Source of the DNA: Camelus dromedarius
Taxonomy: Eukaryota
DNA length: 64,000 bases
Assembly (NCBI RefSeq): GCF_036321535.1
Contig: NC_087436.1
Location: 108,502,001-108,566,000, forward strand
Direction: 5' to 3'
The number at the start of each line of letters is the position of its first letter. Position 1 is the first letter of the stretch. The notes under the pieces were generated by a model. That model had not been told where the DNA came from. It saw only the letters and a list, made by a program, of their open reading frames with translations, and ran no database searches. A program made the position numbers and the translations under genes. Shown here piece by piece: positions 25,271 to 37,784 of this stretch.

Positions 25271-27319
25271 GAAAGAACAAAAAGATATAAAGACACTGAT
25301 AAAATGCTCTGCATATATGCAACACAGACCATTCATGCCCAAACTTAGAATGTGCCCTCAGAAAAGAGTCACATGGACACCCACTGAAACATACACGATA
25401 CACATGGAATTAGACTCAGAAGATTGTGCAACATAGTTCAATATAGTAGTTACCCAACACAGTAGTGTTCCCTCTTGCATCCTTGGTAGATGGTCACCAG
25501 CTTCTCACTGAAACTTCCAACAACCCACAATTAAGTCTTTCTTGGAGTAAATATATTCCTTTTGCTCTTACATTCCAGTGAGATTTTTAAGACTAGATCT
25601 CTTTGGTAACAGTGAAAAAGTCTGACTAATTTTAGTCATTCTTGAGCCTGTCTTCATGACTGAATGTTAAATCCTTTGAGATGAAGGATAAAGGATCACT
25701 GACTTACCTACCTTTGCGTCTCCCAATTTCATATGAAATAGTACTATGTCCCTAGTAGATGATCAGTAAATATTTATTGAACAGATGAATTAAATGATTA
25801 GGGATCCCATATGAGGTTGCCCTTTCTAAGAATGTGGCTTATTTTAAGTAAAGCATCTCCTGTCTTCAATCTCTTCTTCTGTTTGCATATATTATTATAT
25901 TTAAAATCTTGAAATCTAGAAAGATCAGTTTTCATTTCCTGACTCAGGGTTGAATTTAGATTGTTTTTTAATACTTGACATTTTCACATAATGGATTATT
26001 AGGCCTCTAAGGAAAGTTAAGATTGCCTAGTTATTTTATGTATGGGGAATCCAAAACCAGCCATTAGCAGAGCCTGGGCTTAAGGCTGGGTCTCCTGACT
26101 CTTAATCCCATGTTATTTCCACAGCCCCATTCTGCAAGCACTTTACAATTTACAAAGCTCTTTTAACCTACAGAAAGATATAACTTGTTGATCCTTAAAT
26201 CTATGTTTTAAGAAGAATAAATAATATTGTCATGTTTCAGAGAGAAAAACAAAGTATGAAGAGGTCCAAGGAATCCTACATCAGGGGAATAGTAAAGATG
26301 AGAGAGAACTCAGATCTTCAGATTCAATACAGTTCTTTTTTCCTTCCAATTGACCAAACTAAGAAAATGTACATAAAAATGGAGATATCTTTAAAAAATG
26401 GAAAAAGTGGAAGAATGTAAAGTAAACATGTATCTTAAGTGGGTGGTGATGGTCAAAGTCAACAAGATTTCCTGCCGACTTCCCTCAACCAATACCACCT
26501 GGACAATTCTGAGAATTAGAACAACTGAGCGCTGCAAACGAAGCCAACCCAAAGATGAGCACAAAGCAAGTTACCCCCTCACTTAATTCATGACAAAAAT
26601 ATTTCCCTCTACCTAGGGGGCATTTGGGGTGAAAACCAGGAAAAGGAGAGCCTGCCCTTGCAAAAATTATTTTGGATAATTTTTCTCACCAAAAAGAGAA
26701 AGCTGAGATCTAATTATAACACTTAAATCAGTACACCATCCCTCATCTCCTGTTATTTTCATCTCACTTGTGTTATTGAAATACACAAAAATTCTTTAAG
26801 AAATTCAGAAGAAATATATTTGAGGTTGACTCGTGGGATATAATATCCGACATAAGGTTCTTGGAAGGATGCATGATTACTTACCGTGCTTCCCTGCAGA
26901 AATAGTGTGGGCTCCCCACAGAGTGAGAGCCAGCAGGGGTGTGAACAGGGCAGAATCTGCCTCTCAGAGGCAGGAACTCTAGGGCTAGCACGCAGGCTCA
27001 CAAGCTGGGGAAGTATGTCTACACAGGCAGAAGGGAATCACAACATTCTTAATGAGGCATTGCAACTTGGCTGTTCTCAGCTGGAATCCAAGTAGAGTAA
27101 GCTGAAGTTGTCTTGTAGGTGGTGAATAATTAGCAACTCTAAGGAGAAAAATAAAAGTGATGATTATGGCTCTTTTCTTTGATTCCTGGAATAATCCCAT
27201 TAATGGCAATGCTCCTCATTCCTGCCAATCATCCAGTCAATAAACACCTTCTGGAGATGCATGGTACTGTGATTTCAAGGGGTTTTTATGAATCTCTTTC
27301 AGTCATGCCCCTTCACACA

Positions 27320-27700
27320 GGGCTAAGGAGACCTAACCACCTGGAGCCCACACTCTGCCTTCTGGTCCACATTCTGAGCACCCAGGGTCTCAGAATCTCT
27401 TATCCAAGTGGCCCAATTCAGTTTTCAGGGCCTACATGAGCCACTTTCCTGAGTCTATCTTCTGAATGGTGGACTGCACAAAAGTATGTGTAATTCTAGC
27501 CTGGAGGAACAGCCAAGTGCTATTTGTGGAGGGTATGGAGTGAGCTTGGACCTACAGCCCTGAGGGTCCATACAGATGCACTCAAGGCTGCATACTGTGC
27601 AGAACTGAGCTAGGAATGAGAAGAGAGAACAGGCCATCTGCCAAGAGCTTCCATGGACATTCTTGTCATGGTCCACGAATGTGAGGAGTGGGCCCAGAGG
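27320..27700. mobile_element. Possible hAT-Tip100 (MER115/Zaphod-like) remnant
   Basis: GC-richer block resembling recalled Tip100 family sequence; not verified. Confidence 0.3.
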
Positions 27701-27849
27701 CTTTTTTTAGATTCTACCCCTTTGTTTTCTGTTTAGTGAAGTAGCAAGCAGGGCACCTCCCTAGCCCGTTACAGGATTTATGAGTAAATGCATAGGAATT
27801 GATTAAAGTCCTAGGAGCATGAACAGATATGATGGAAGAATCTCTATAA

Positions 27850-28070
27850 ACAAGTGGGAAGAGCGGGGTTCAAATGGGACAGATTTGAGCAGCAGGCCCT
27901 GACCTGACACTTGTTCGATCTTGGAACTCATGCAAATTGAACCTCTCTAAATCATGTCTCTGAAATGAGGCTTAAATTTTTACCTACCTTACAGAATTAT
28001 AGTGGAGGGTATAGATGCGAGGACCATGCACAAGATACTTCACCCACACAGTAAGCATTTTATAAAGGTG
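27850..28070 (+). mobile_element. MIR
   Basis: Degenerate core ctgaaatgagg...acctaccttacag...cacagtaagcat. Confidence 0.6.
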
Positions 28071-28754
28071 GTTATTTTACAGCTGTGAAGGGTAATGAGG
28101 AAGCAGATCTTAACAACACAGGAAAGACCTAGGATGAAGCGGGGACTACTGACCTCAGAAAAGGCAAGATTAGTGGGAAGGTGACATCGACTGAATGACA
28201 GAGTAGATATTTATGATTTGAGAAGATTAATTTGCCTAATTTCTTAACGCAATTAAAAAGCATTTTGCTCTTTTTAAAAAGAGTATAATAAGTAGGCAGC
28301 AGCTGCTCACAGTTCATAGTACTGGGCAACTGTATCATTAATAAAATTTGTGAGCACTTAGGAGTCCTGTAGGTACCATTTCTGAATTCTTCCCTGACAT
28401 TTAATCAAGTTTTCAGTTCCTTCTTTGTTATCTTTCTCTTTTACTATCCTTCACTTACTGTCCTTTTAACTTGAATGTCTTCAAAGCATGTCAACCTCTG
28501 TACTGCAGTAATTAAGAGACTTGATTTCACTTTACACTTCATTAGTGCCTCAGTTTAAAAGCGTATTGTGATACTGCTTGAACAGAGGGCTGATGAAGCT
28601 TACACTGGAGACTATTACATAGACATCTGCAGTCTTCAAGTAAATCCTCAAAACACATCCTCTAGTAAAATGACGCTACGTAATAAAAGTTTATAGGGAG
28701 ATGTTACATAATAAAAGTTTATTTGGAATGAGAATGATCTGACCCATTGCATTT

Positions 28755-28930
28755 CAGTCCCTCTCTCTCTGGGCGACCTTGGGCAAGTTACTTAACCATT
28801 CTTTGACTCCACTTCCTCTCTTGTGAAGTGGACACGTTATACCGCCTATCTCATAGATGTGAAGATTAACTTTTTAAATGTTGGTCAAGTACTAAACATT
28901 GTGCCTGGCACTGTGAAAAAGTCCTCAGTA
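28755..28930 (+). mobile_element. MIR
   Basis: gcgaccttgggcaagttacttaacc...gtgcctggcac. Confidence 0.85.
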
Positions 28931-29405
28931 TGGTCACCCTAAATAAACAAACCTTCGTATGTCCCTGAATGTTACTCTTCACTTCCGCTTGCCTGTATCC
29001 TTCTGACTAAGCTGTGTTTCTGTGTTTTCATCATCAGTTGTGGACAGAAGGGAGTGTTGATAGCAGTGGCTCTTCAGATTAAAACCCTCAGGAGTGAATT
29101 CCTTCTGACAGTGTTGACCACTTGCAGGAGGACTCCGGGGGTGGTTAAGGAAACATACCAACCTGGAGTTATTTTGAGAAGTAAGAATTATCTGATTGGA
29201 AAATTTTATTCTTGGAATGCCAAATGTCTGCTTTATGCAGTAATTTGGGCTTAATATCCTTACCTGGATTTTCTGAAATGTATAGATATATATATATTTC
29301 AAATATTATATATATATTTATGATAGTATACATGTAGGATATAGAGGTCTCCATAGAATTTCACATAACATTTTTAATACTTCTCTTAATACTTCTTTTA
29401 AAAAA

Positions 29406-29644
29406 GGGGGTGGGGATGGATAAATTTGGGAGTTTGAGATTTGCAAATGTTAGCCACTATGTATAAAAATAGATAAAAACAAATTTCTTCTGTATAGCAC
29501 AGAGAACATATTTAATATCTTGTAATAACCTTTAATAAAACAGAATATGAAAATGAATGTATGTATGTATATGCATGACTGGGACATTATACTGTACACC
29601 AGAAACTGACACATTGTAACTGATTGTACTTCAATTTTAAAAAA
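29406..29644 (+). mobile_element. L1 3' end stub, cetartiodactyl/camelid type
   Basis: ggataaatttgggagtttgagatttgc...ctgtatagcacagagaac...ctgtacaccagaaactgacacattgtaactga...ttcaattttaaaaaa. Confidence 0.9.
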
Positions 29645-30349
29645 TGTCTTGAAAGAATATCTTGACTCTAAATGAAGTTACTATAGTTGCAATTCCTTGC
29701 TCTTAAGATTTGAAGCAATATGTTAATAGTTAGGTTTTCTTTACTTGTGAGTGAGACTCAAGCATATTTGTGCTCCTGGGATGATGGTTCTAATTGAATC
29801 CAAAACTGTTCTTAGAACTACAAATAATAAGTAACTTCAAGAAAAATGTTCAGAAAACTACAGATTACTTATATAGGTTTTTGTTTCTAACTGGTAGGAT
29901 ACTCACAGTTCCATATGTATTTATGGAATATTTATTAAGCATTTAATATGCACCAGGCATTTGGATTGGTGCTCTGCTGTGCCTGCCTATGAATTCCATT
30001 CTATGACTCCTCATTAATACATAAATTCAATAAATTCAGATAAGTTGCATAACAATAGAAACTAAACTAGTATCAGAACTATATTTGATGCCGTGTATTA
30101 ACTCTGAGATCTTGGTCTCATTGTAAATTCTCTAAATTGCAATATGGAAAAATATCTGTAAAAATTGAGAGGTTTTTCTATCTCAAATGGTTGTGAGGTT
30201 TAAAAGATGTAAAATATATGAAGGAATTCAACACGTTGTGTTAGAAACAAAATAAATTTTAAATGATGAAGGTGTGGCTCTAGCACTACAAAAAGTTATC
30301 ACCACAGGCATTCAGAGCCAATACTGATATTCACTAATGTGAAACATAA

Positions 30350-30900
30350 GTAAACACTAAGAAGCAGCAATTCTGCTTCAGTATATACCCAGAAGAAAAG
30401 AGTGCATATATCCACTAAAAGACATCCGAAAGGATGTTCATAACAGCTTTATTCATAATAAAGAAGTATTAGAAATAACCCAGATACAGCAGTAGAATGG
30501 ATAAATTGTGAGGTATTCAGAAAATGGAACACTCTACAGCAATAAAAAATAACACACTACTGTTAGACCATAAATAGATTGCATATATATAATGACAAAA
30601 GACAAACAAAAACAAACAAAAAAACAAGCACAATAAACTACATTGTGTATGATTCCATTAACATGAAGTTCAAAAACAAGCAAAACTAATCTTTGGTGAT
30701 ATGTCACAAAACTGGTTACCCTTGATATATGCAGATATTAACTAGGAAGGAGTGAACAGTAGTCATATGATGCATTGAAAATGTTTGCTATCTTTCAATG
30801 GGTGGTAGTTACAAGTGTGTGTGTTTATGTGCATATAAAAATTCATCAAGGTATATACTCAAGATTTCTGTTCTTTACAAAATTTCCACCTCAGTATTAA
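30350..30900 (+). mobile_element. L1ME-like 3' fragment
   Basis: gatgttcataacagctttattcataata...gtagaatggataaattgtg...tgtatgattccatt...ggcaaaactaatc-like motifs. Confidence 0.8.
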
Positions 30901-30959
30901 AATGAATAGAGGCAAGACTATACCTATTTTCTGTATCTTTGCTTGCTTGAAGTATTTGC

Positions 30960-31107
30960 GTAGAGATAGGGCTCGGTGTAAAATGAAAATACAATCCCCC
31001 TGTTCAAATAGTATTAAGAATTTCATGATGACAAGAGCAGAACATTAAACCAAGTGTAGGAATCTTCTAAGCCCGAGTCCTTATGCATGCCCATGAGGCC
31101 AGTCCTG
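30960..31107 (-). mobile_element. MER45A-like hAT-Tip100 MITE
   Basis: gtgtaaaatgaaaat...tattaagaatttcatgatgacaagagcagaacattaaaccaag...cccatgaggccagtcctg. Confidence 0.8.
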
Positions 31108-31887
31108 CACAGCAGTAACTCCAAAAATATCCTCAAAAGCGAGAAAGACCTGCAAATATTGGGCATCTGCATGGTGTATAATGAATATTGGAAATTCTTG
31201 TTTTTCTCCAGGAAAGCACAGTTTTAAATTAAAAGCATTATGTTCTATTGGGCTGGATGACTAAAGGCATGGTTCTACTCTATTGAAAAGGCAACAGGAT
31301 AAATACTTATTATAGGAAAATGCACTAAAACTGAGATTACATAGAATGCCTTAATTAAGAGGGGAAAATTTACATGAGGGTTCTGAATAGAAAACATTTG
31401 TTCTATTGAAATGAGACATGCAGTGCTCTCCAGGCCAAGGAAGAAACAGTGACATGGTACAGTGATAATAAGCTAGAATAGCATGTGTGCTAGTGATAAC
31501 TGTTGTTTCCTTGATTGAGAATTTTGAATACTGTATTTATATTACTTCAGTCATTAAATATACTGAAATTCTTTGGGAAAGCCATGCCTCCAAGTCAAAG
31601 TATTTGACATAAGAGAGTCAGATTAAGAGGTCATGAAAACAAAATATAAGTAATATACATGGAAGCTGGGAGGCTTGGGGATGACCAGATAGCCAGTCGC
31701 TGACTTTGTTTCCTTACAGAAGTGATGCTTACTCCTTACTAAGTGAGAGCCAACCAGCAGTGCTGGGGTTGGATGGAGGGTAATGAGGCAGTTCCCTGTC
31801 CTTTAGAGACAGGGTTCCCAGAAATATGAAAGGTTGAGCACACTGGATAATGAGCATTTACCTGAGCAGAAAAAAAATCATATCATT

Positions 31888-32141
31888 CTTTTTTTTTTTA
31901 ATAACTTGAAGTATAATCAGTTTCAATGTTGTGTTAATTTCTGGTATACAGCATAGTGGTTCATTTATACATATATATAAATACTCCTTTTCATATTCTT
32001 TTTTATTATAGGCCATTAAAAGGTATTGAATATAGTTCCCTGTGCTATACAGTAGGACCCTGTTTATCTATTTTGTATATAGTAGTTAGTATCTATGAAT
32101 CTCAAGCTCCCAATTTATCCCTCCCCACCCCCTTTCCTCCC
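31888..32141 (-). mobile_element. L1 3' end stub
   Basis: Poly-T, then ttgaagtataatcagttt...gaatatagttccctgtgctatacagtagg...ctcccaatttatccctccccaccccc. Confidence 0.9.
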
Positions 32142-33014
32142 TTAATGAGACATTGCAACCTGGTTGTTCTCAGTTGAAATCCAGGTGAAGAAATTTGTCT
32201 TGTAGATGACGAATAACTATTAATCTTGAGAAGTAAAGCATAACAAAACAAAGCTAAACTAAACTAATCTAATCTAAACTAAAATAAATCTTGTTAGTTT
32301 CTTCCTTTGGATTCTTGAATGGCAGCTAATGTCCCCATTTATATCAATGCCTCTGTTTCCTGCACTGCTGATCAGTGAGAACCTTTTGAAGATCCAGTAG
32401 CATAAAGCAAAACACTATTAAAATTAAAGTGTGGTGGCTCTGAGCTGCTTGGATTCACAAGTGAATGTGGACCTTAAGGCTTTTTGTAAAACTTTTCACC
32501 GTTTCTTAGAGGATGGCTCTACTGACATTAAGTCTTTCATTCAGCAAACATTCGTAGCATGAACTTTCCAAACCATCAGAATGAGGCTTTGTTTGTATTA
32601 ACATTTGAATTTCTCCCCACCTACACTGCACTGGCAGTCACCTCCCTCAGTTATCTCTGGGTGTCCTAAGGCATATTTTACATGCACTCACCTGCACTTC
32701 TGCCCTGGCTTCCTGGTGGATGCCCACAGCTCCTGAAGCCACTTTGAAGTCTGCCTCACTGACGACCTTGGGGAGGGAGACGCTGTGGCATTGAAGAGTC
32801 CCTGGATGAGTGCTCAAAGGAAGAGGCATATGACGCTGAGGAGAATATAGAAGAGACGTGACCTAGACAGGAAGGAAGAAAAGTTTCCCCTTAAGACGTG
32901 ACACTTGTACTGATAGGTGGGATATGTGGGAATTTCAGGGCACCATCACTACAGGAGGGACAAAACCCTTTGGTGGGAGGGAGCTTGGTGTGGACAGGGC
33001 GGAATGTGTTAAAG

Positions 33015-33360
33015 AAAAATGGCTGCTATGACAACAACAAAACAAAAGCTCCTGAAATATCTGTGTCTTAACATAATAGCTGTATATTTTTCGTTTTCAT
33101 AGTCCAAAATTGCAGCAGGGAGCACTGCATCATAAATTCAGGAATCCTGGCTGACAGGTTCCACCATCTTCAGTGCTTGACTGTCAACATCCATTCATGC
33201 TTTGACAGTCCAGTTGCAGAAGGCAAGGGAGGGAGCATGGGGGTTAGTGTGGGGAGTTCTTGGGCGCCAACTCTGGAAACAGAATATAACCCTTCCACTC
33301 ATATTCTAATCATCCTGTCTCAGCAATGTGGCCACAGAGACAGTCAAACCTATGGAGGAA
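33015..33360 (-). mobile_element. Old MLT1J/K-like LTR remnant
   Basis: ggctgctatgacaac...tcaggaatcctggctgacagg...ccaccatctt...cttccactcatattc. Confidence 0.55.
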
Positions 33361-33613
33361 TTGTAATTTTAAGAAAATAATTCAAACTCCAGAAACTTTT
33401 TATAGGTTATGACTGAGACCGTTAGCATCTGAGATTGATTATCACTTGTGGCTGACTTAAAATATATGCTCATTTCTTATTTATTCACTCTTCTACTTAT
33501 TTATTCTTTGAACATTTGTCAGGTACCCACACTGTGCTATGTCAGTAGTCAATAAACCATATTTTCATGCAGAGATCAATAGGGTGAGCAAGGTTACAAA
33601 AAGAAATATTGCA

Positions 33614-33703
33614 GGGGGTGGGGGTGGAATGGCTATAGCTCAGTGGTGGAGCATGTGCTTGATATGCACAAGGTCCTGGGTTCAATCCCCCCATACTTGC
33701 ATC
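33614..33703 (+). mobile_element. Short tRNA-derived SINE (camelid-type)
   Basis: Pol III A box TAGCTCAGTGG (33636) and B box GGTTCAATCCC (33679); A-tail; degenerate TSD aaaagaaatatt / aaaagaagtatc. Confidence 0.85.
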
Positions 33704-34812
33704 AAAAAGAAGTATCCAAAGGACATGGAGAACAATTTTTTTTTAATTTCAAATTTTCAGTAATCATTTAAGGAGAAAAATGTAATTGCTCATTGGTGCT
33801 TAAATTCTTATTAATATATAACAGGTAGAATTAGGGAGACAGTTTTAAAGTAGGGAATTCATTATTTTTCTTGAAGAAAACCACTTGATACACTAAAATT
33901 TGTAGACAGTATCTTTAGTGCAGTCCCATAGTTCCATTCTGTCAAATTGCTCTGTGCGTCTAGATGTCCCAGGCATAGTCGTTCAAATTATTGCACAAAA
34001 GCCACCCCTTTTCTGCACTGAGAATCTCAAGAGTTTGAATTGCTTCACTAAGTGCCAAGGAAGATGTTAAGAAACATGTAATGACTTTGCCATTCCCCTC
34101 TTGTGGTTTTAAAATAAATGTTTAAATTGCAATATGTGATCAATACTGAATGACAACTAGAGAGATTTGCAGATTCAGAAATTACCCAAGTAGAGGGAAA
34201 TGTGAGATTTTTTTTTTACATAGCCTTGAGTATTTGGTGTCAGTTGGCTGATGAAACATTTTTCTAAGCATGAGCAGGACCCTATTTAAACACCAGGCCA
34301 ATCATCAAATAAATCCATTAGCTTAGTTTACAGCCACATTTGAAGAATTTCTCTGTGAGTTTTCCTTTCTTCTTGGCTCAACTATGACACATAAAGACAG
34401 CTTTTAAAAGAGTGTGAGTAATTAAAGCAACAAGCAATTAACCAATGGGTTCTAAAAAAAAAAAAAAAAAAAAAACAGCTTACCTGACACCAGTACATAA
34501 TTGCAGCCTAGGCTATGATCATGTATGGGTCTTTATTGTCACTCTTTTGTAACAAACAACTAGGCAAAAAAGAAAAACAGTATTGCAAACAGGTTTTGAC
34601 CTTCTGCCAATTGTTATCTCTTAATCTGCGTCCCTTTTCCTTGTTCCATCTGGCCGGATCTGCTCCTCTCTGCAGTCTTCCCATGTCAGTTAACAGATTA
34701 TCCATTACTTATGGTGAGAAATCTTTCCTTACCACCTCTTCTACCTTTCAAAGAATTCATTTAGACACTTGTTTGGGGCTTCCATAGCCTTCCATTCTGC
34801 CCCTATCAAAGC

Positions 34813-34986
34813 TAGGATCAGTTAAATAACTTGCACACCCATTGAAAAATGAAAATATAGGACCCATGTTAAAGAAAACTATTAAGAATCAAAAAATGGC
34901 AACACTGGAGCATTAAATTAAGCCTGGAGGCCTCCTGAACATGGGATCGTGTGCGAACAGATTGCCTGCCCGTGAATCCAGCCCTG
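34813..34986 (-). mobile_element. MER45A-like MITE, near full length
   Basis: aaaatgaaaat...tattaagaat...gagcattaaa...cccgtgaatccagccctg. Confidence 0.8.
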
Positions 34987-35089
34987 ATCACAGCCCTGGC
35001 ATGTGATTGCTGTGGTCTTTCCCCACACAGTTACCGCTGTACAAATCAGGAACCACATGTAACTTCCTCTCCATACTGTCCCCAGCACA

Positions 35090-35600
35090 AGTGCTGTCTG
35101 GCCATGGTAGCGTCAACTATCAGGATCTACAAGACATTATGCAACCTGGATTCTTTGGCTTCTGTGATTACACCACCTCTCTCTCTCTCTAGCCCACTGT
35201 CCTGGAGCCACACCTGCCTTCCTGAATATTCACTGTTTTTCTCTGCCTCAGGGCCTTTGCATGTGCTTTGGTCTTTCCCATCAGAACCATAGGGTTCTGC
35301 AGATCTTGTAGGTCTTTACTCAGATGTTTCCTCCTAGAGAGATCTTCTCTGGCTACTGCTAGCTCAAGTAGCCCCCAACAGGCACTCTTTCATTGCCATA
35401 GTCTATATTCTAGCACTGACTATTGTTTGAATTTATATATGTTGGATTTCTATTTTCTATCTCCTATCTCAGAAGGTAAGATCCGTATGGCAAGGGCTTT
35501 GTCTGTCTTGATTTCCACTGTTTCCCCAGAAGGAAAATGAAATAATGCCAGATACCTACTAGGCACTTGCTGAATAAATGAACAGATAAATGAATGAACA
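35090..35600 (+). mobile_element. L2 3' region
   Basis: gcctcagggcctttgcatgtgct...gaaggtaagatccgtatggcaagggctttgtctgtcttg...gaataaatgaa tail. Confidence 0.85.
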
Positions 35601-35680
35601 TTTCCAAAACTTCTTCTTTCCTAATCTTCTTTATTTGGAAAAAAAATATGCATAAAAACTGATTTCCTACCCCCAAATGT

Positions 35681-35894
35681 AAGAGGTCCATCAACTACAT
35701 CCCAAAGGTCAAATCCAGCCCACCTGGTTTTGGTAAATAAAAATTGACTGCAACACAGCTATGGCCATCCACTTCTGTCATATTAGTGTCTGCTTTTGTG
35801 AAACTGGCAGACATGAATAGATGTAGCAGGGACTGTATGGCCTACAAAGCTTATTTACTCTATGGCTTTTAGGGGAAAAGTTTGCCAGCCTCTG
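35681..35894 (+). mobile_element. MER58A hAT-Charlie MITE
   Basis: caaatccagccc...gtaaataaaa...aacacagc...gactgtatggcctacaaagc...aaaagtttgccagcctctg. Confidence 0.85.
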
Positions 35895-36261
35895 GTTAGA
35901 GTACATAGCACTTGAGAAGGTAAGAACAAATCACCTGTCAAATAAAATCAGTTCAGAGTCATCTGCATTAACAAAACAAACAAAAAGTAAACCAACTGCA
36001 AAAAGCTGTTTAGTTTTCTTCTTAAGGAATTCTCATATTTATCTGCCTTTTAATGAGCAAAAACACCATGTGAATCTGTTCAATGAATATGATGAACACA
36101 CTGGATGCTGTAACTAATGATTGTTTAAGAATGGAAAGGGCAGGAGAGGGGAAAGAAAACAGTAAAAAAAAAGAGAGAGAAGGCAAGACAGAAAAAGATA
36201 AAGCTGTGCAAAGAGCAAGAAAGATGGAGACTGAAAGGACCTTTTAAAAAAAGAGCAGAGA

Positions 36262-36710
36262 GGAAAACAGTTTGGTGGTTCCCCAAAAACTTGAACATAG
36301 AATTACCTTATGATCCAGTAATTCCACTCCTAGGTATATACCTAATGAATTGAAAGCAGGACTCAGATGCTTGTACACCAGTGTTCATGGCATCATTCTT
36401 CACAATAGGCCCAAAGGGGGGAAAATCCAAGTGTCCTTCAACAGATGAACGGATAAACAAAATGTGACAGTATGTACACACAATGGAATCTCAATCGGCC
36501 ATAAAAAGGAATAACATTCTGATACAAGCTACAACATGGATAAACCATGAGTTGTATTTTGGGAGGATGAAAAATTTCTGGAAATAGATCGCAGTGATGG
36601 TTACACAACATTATGAATGTACTTAATGCCGTTGAATTGTACACATAAGAATGGTTAAAATGATAAATTTTATGTCATGTATATTTTACCACAATAAAAT
36701 ATTTTTAAAG
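36262..36710 (+). mobile_element. L1MB-like 3' fragment with internal deletion
   Basis: aacatagaattaccttatgatccagtaattccactcctaggtatatacc...aatggttaaaatgataaattttatgtcatgtatattttaccacaataaaa. Confidence 0.9.
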
Positions 36711-36789
36711 AAGAAGGAGGAGAGAGAGTGAGATTGGCAAGAGATTCCAGGCTGCTCTATGTCATGAAAGCCATGGACAATTCCAGAAA

Positions 36790-37784
36790 AAAGTATGGAG
36801 ACTGAGACAATGGCTTATGAAGAAGCAGAGGTCACATTCAATGGAATCAGATATTTAGCTGGGAAGATTTCTAAGGAAAGTGTTGAAGGAGTGGCTTGGT
36901 TCCTCCTAACTGCTTATAGCAAAATCCAAGATGAGAGAAACAAATTGAAGGCAAAATTGTTAAGCAAAAAAGGAACCAGAACTGTCCATATTATAAGAAA
37001 CTGAGAAGGCCTGTTCAGAAGACAAGACCCAAAGTGTGGAAGGCTGACCATTTGATGAGGAGATTAACGTGAGTGTGAACCGCAGAACTAATCAGCCACC
37101 CCAGCAGGAAGCTGCCGGTGTGAACTGAGGAGGAAGGAGACTGGACCTGATGAAGGACAGCTGCGAACGTGTGCTATCCCTGAATGGAAGGGCAGAGAGA
37201 CCCTGAAGGCAATCCAGAGATCACCAGGGTCATAGCCTCGGTCAGACAGGCTCCGACAGAAGTGACGAGGGTAGAGCCAGTCAGAGCTGTCAGGGCACCA
37301 GCCCCACCAGGGCAGAGAGCTGCAGTAGGGGCAGCATCCTTCCAAGTTGTGGGGGTGACATTGCCACCCCAGTGAGTCTGGAAGGTAGAGCGTTGAGCCC
37401 AAGAGGATTATTTTCCAACATTAAGATCTCATGGAGTTTGCCTTGCCAGGTTTTAGAGTTTTCTTGGAACCTGTCACTCTTTTCTTCTAATTCCTGTTTC
37501 TCTCTTTTGGAATGGGATCTCTATCCTGCGCCAGCCCATCATTGCATTTTGGGAGCACATAACTTCTTTGGTTTCACAGGCTCACAGCTGGAGAGGAATT
37601 TTGCTTGAGATAAATTGTACCTGGGATCTCACCCATATTTGATTTAGATGACATTTAGATAAGACTTTGAACTTTACGCTTGGAGCTGACGCTAGAGCAA
37701 CTTAAGATTTTGGGGCTATGAGGATAGAATGAATGTATCTTGCATGTGATAAAGACATGGGTTTTGGGGTGCTGGGAGGGATAC
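36790..37784 (+). mobile_element. MaLR internal sequence (MLT1A-int-like)
   Basis: atttctaaggaaagtgttgaaggagtggcttggttcctcctaactgcttatag; gatttagatgacatttagataagactttg; G-rich tract abutting the LTR. Confidence 0.85.

Noticed and set aside
29264..29272. Minus-strand 9-nt microexon cag|AAAATCCAG|gtaagg
   Set aside because: Upstream is a (TA)n tract rather than a pyrimidine tract; it also shows that such patterns arise by chance
33630..33700. tRNA gene
   Set aside because: Acceptor stem broken, anticodon loop mutated, A-tail and TSD present; it is a SINE
34454..34475. Poly-A as a processed pseudogene tail
   Set aside because: No recognisable mRNA-like body, canonical poly(A) signal just upstream or TSD
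36795..37608. Cluster of short ORFs
   Set aside because: They lie in decayed MaLR internal sequence with no intact gag/pol
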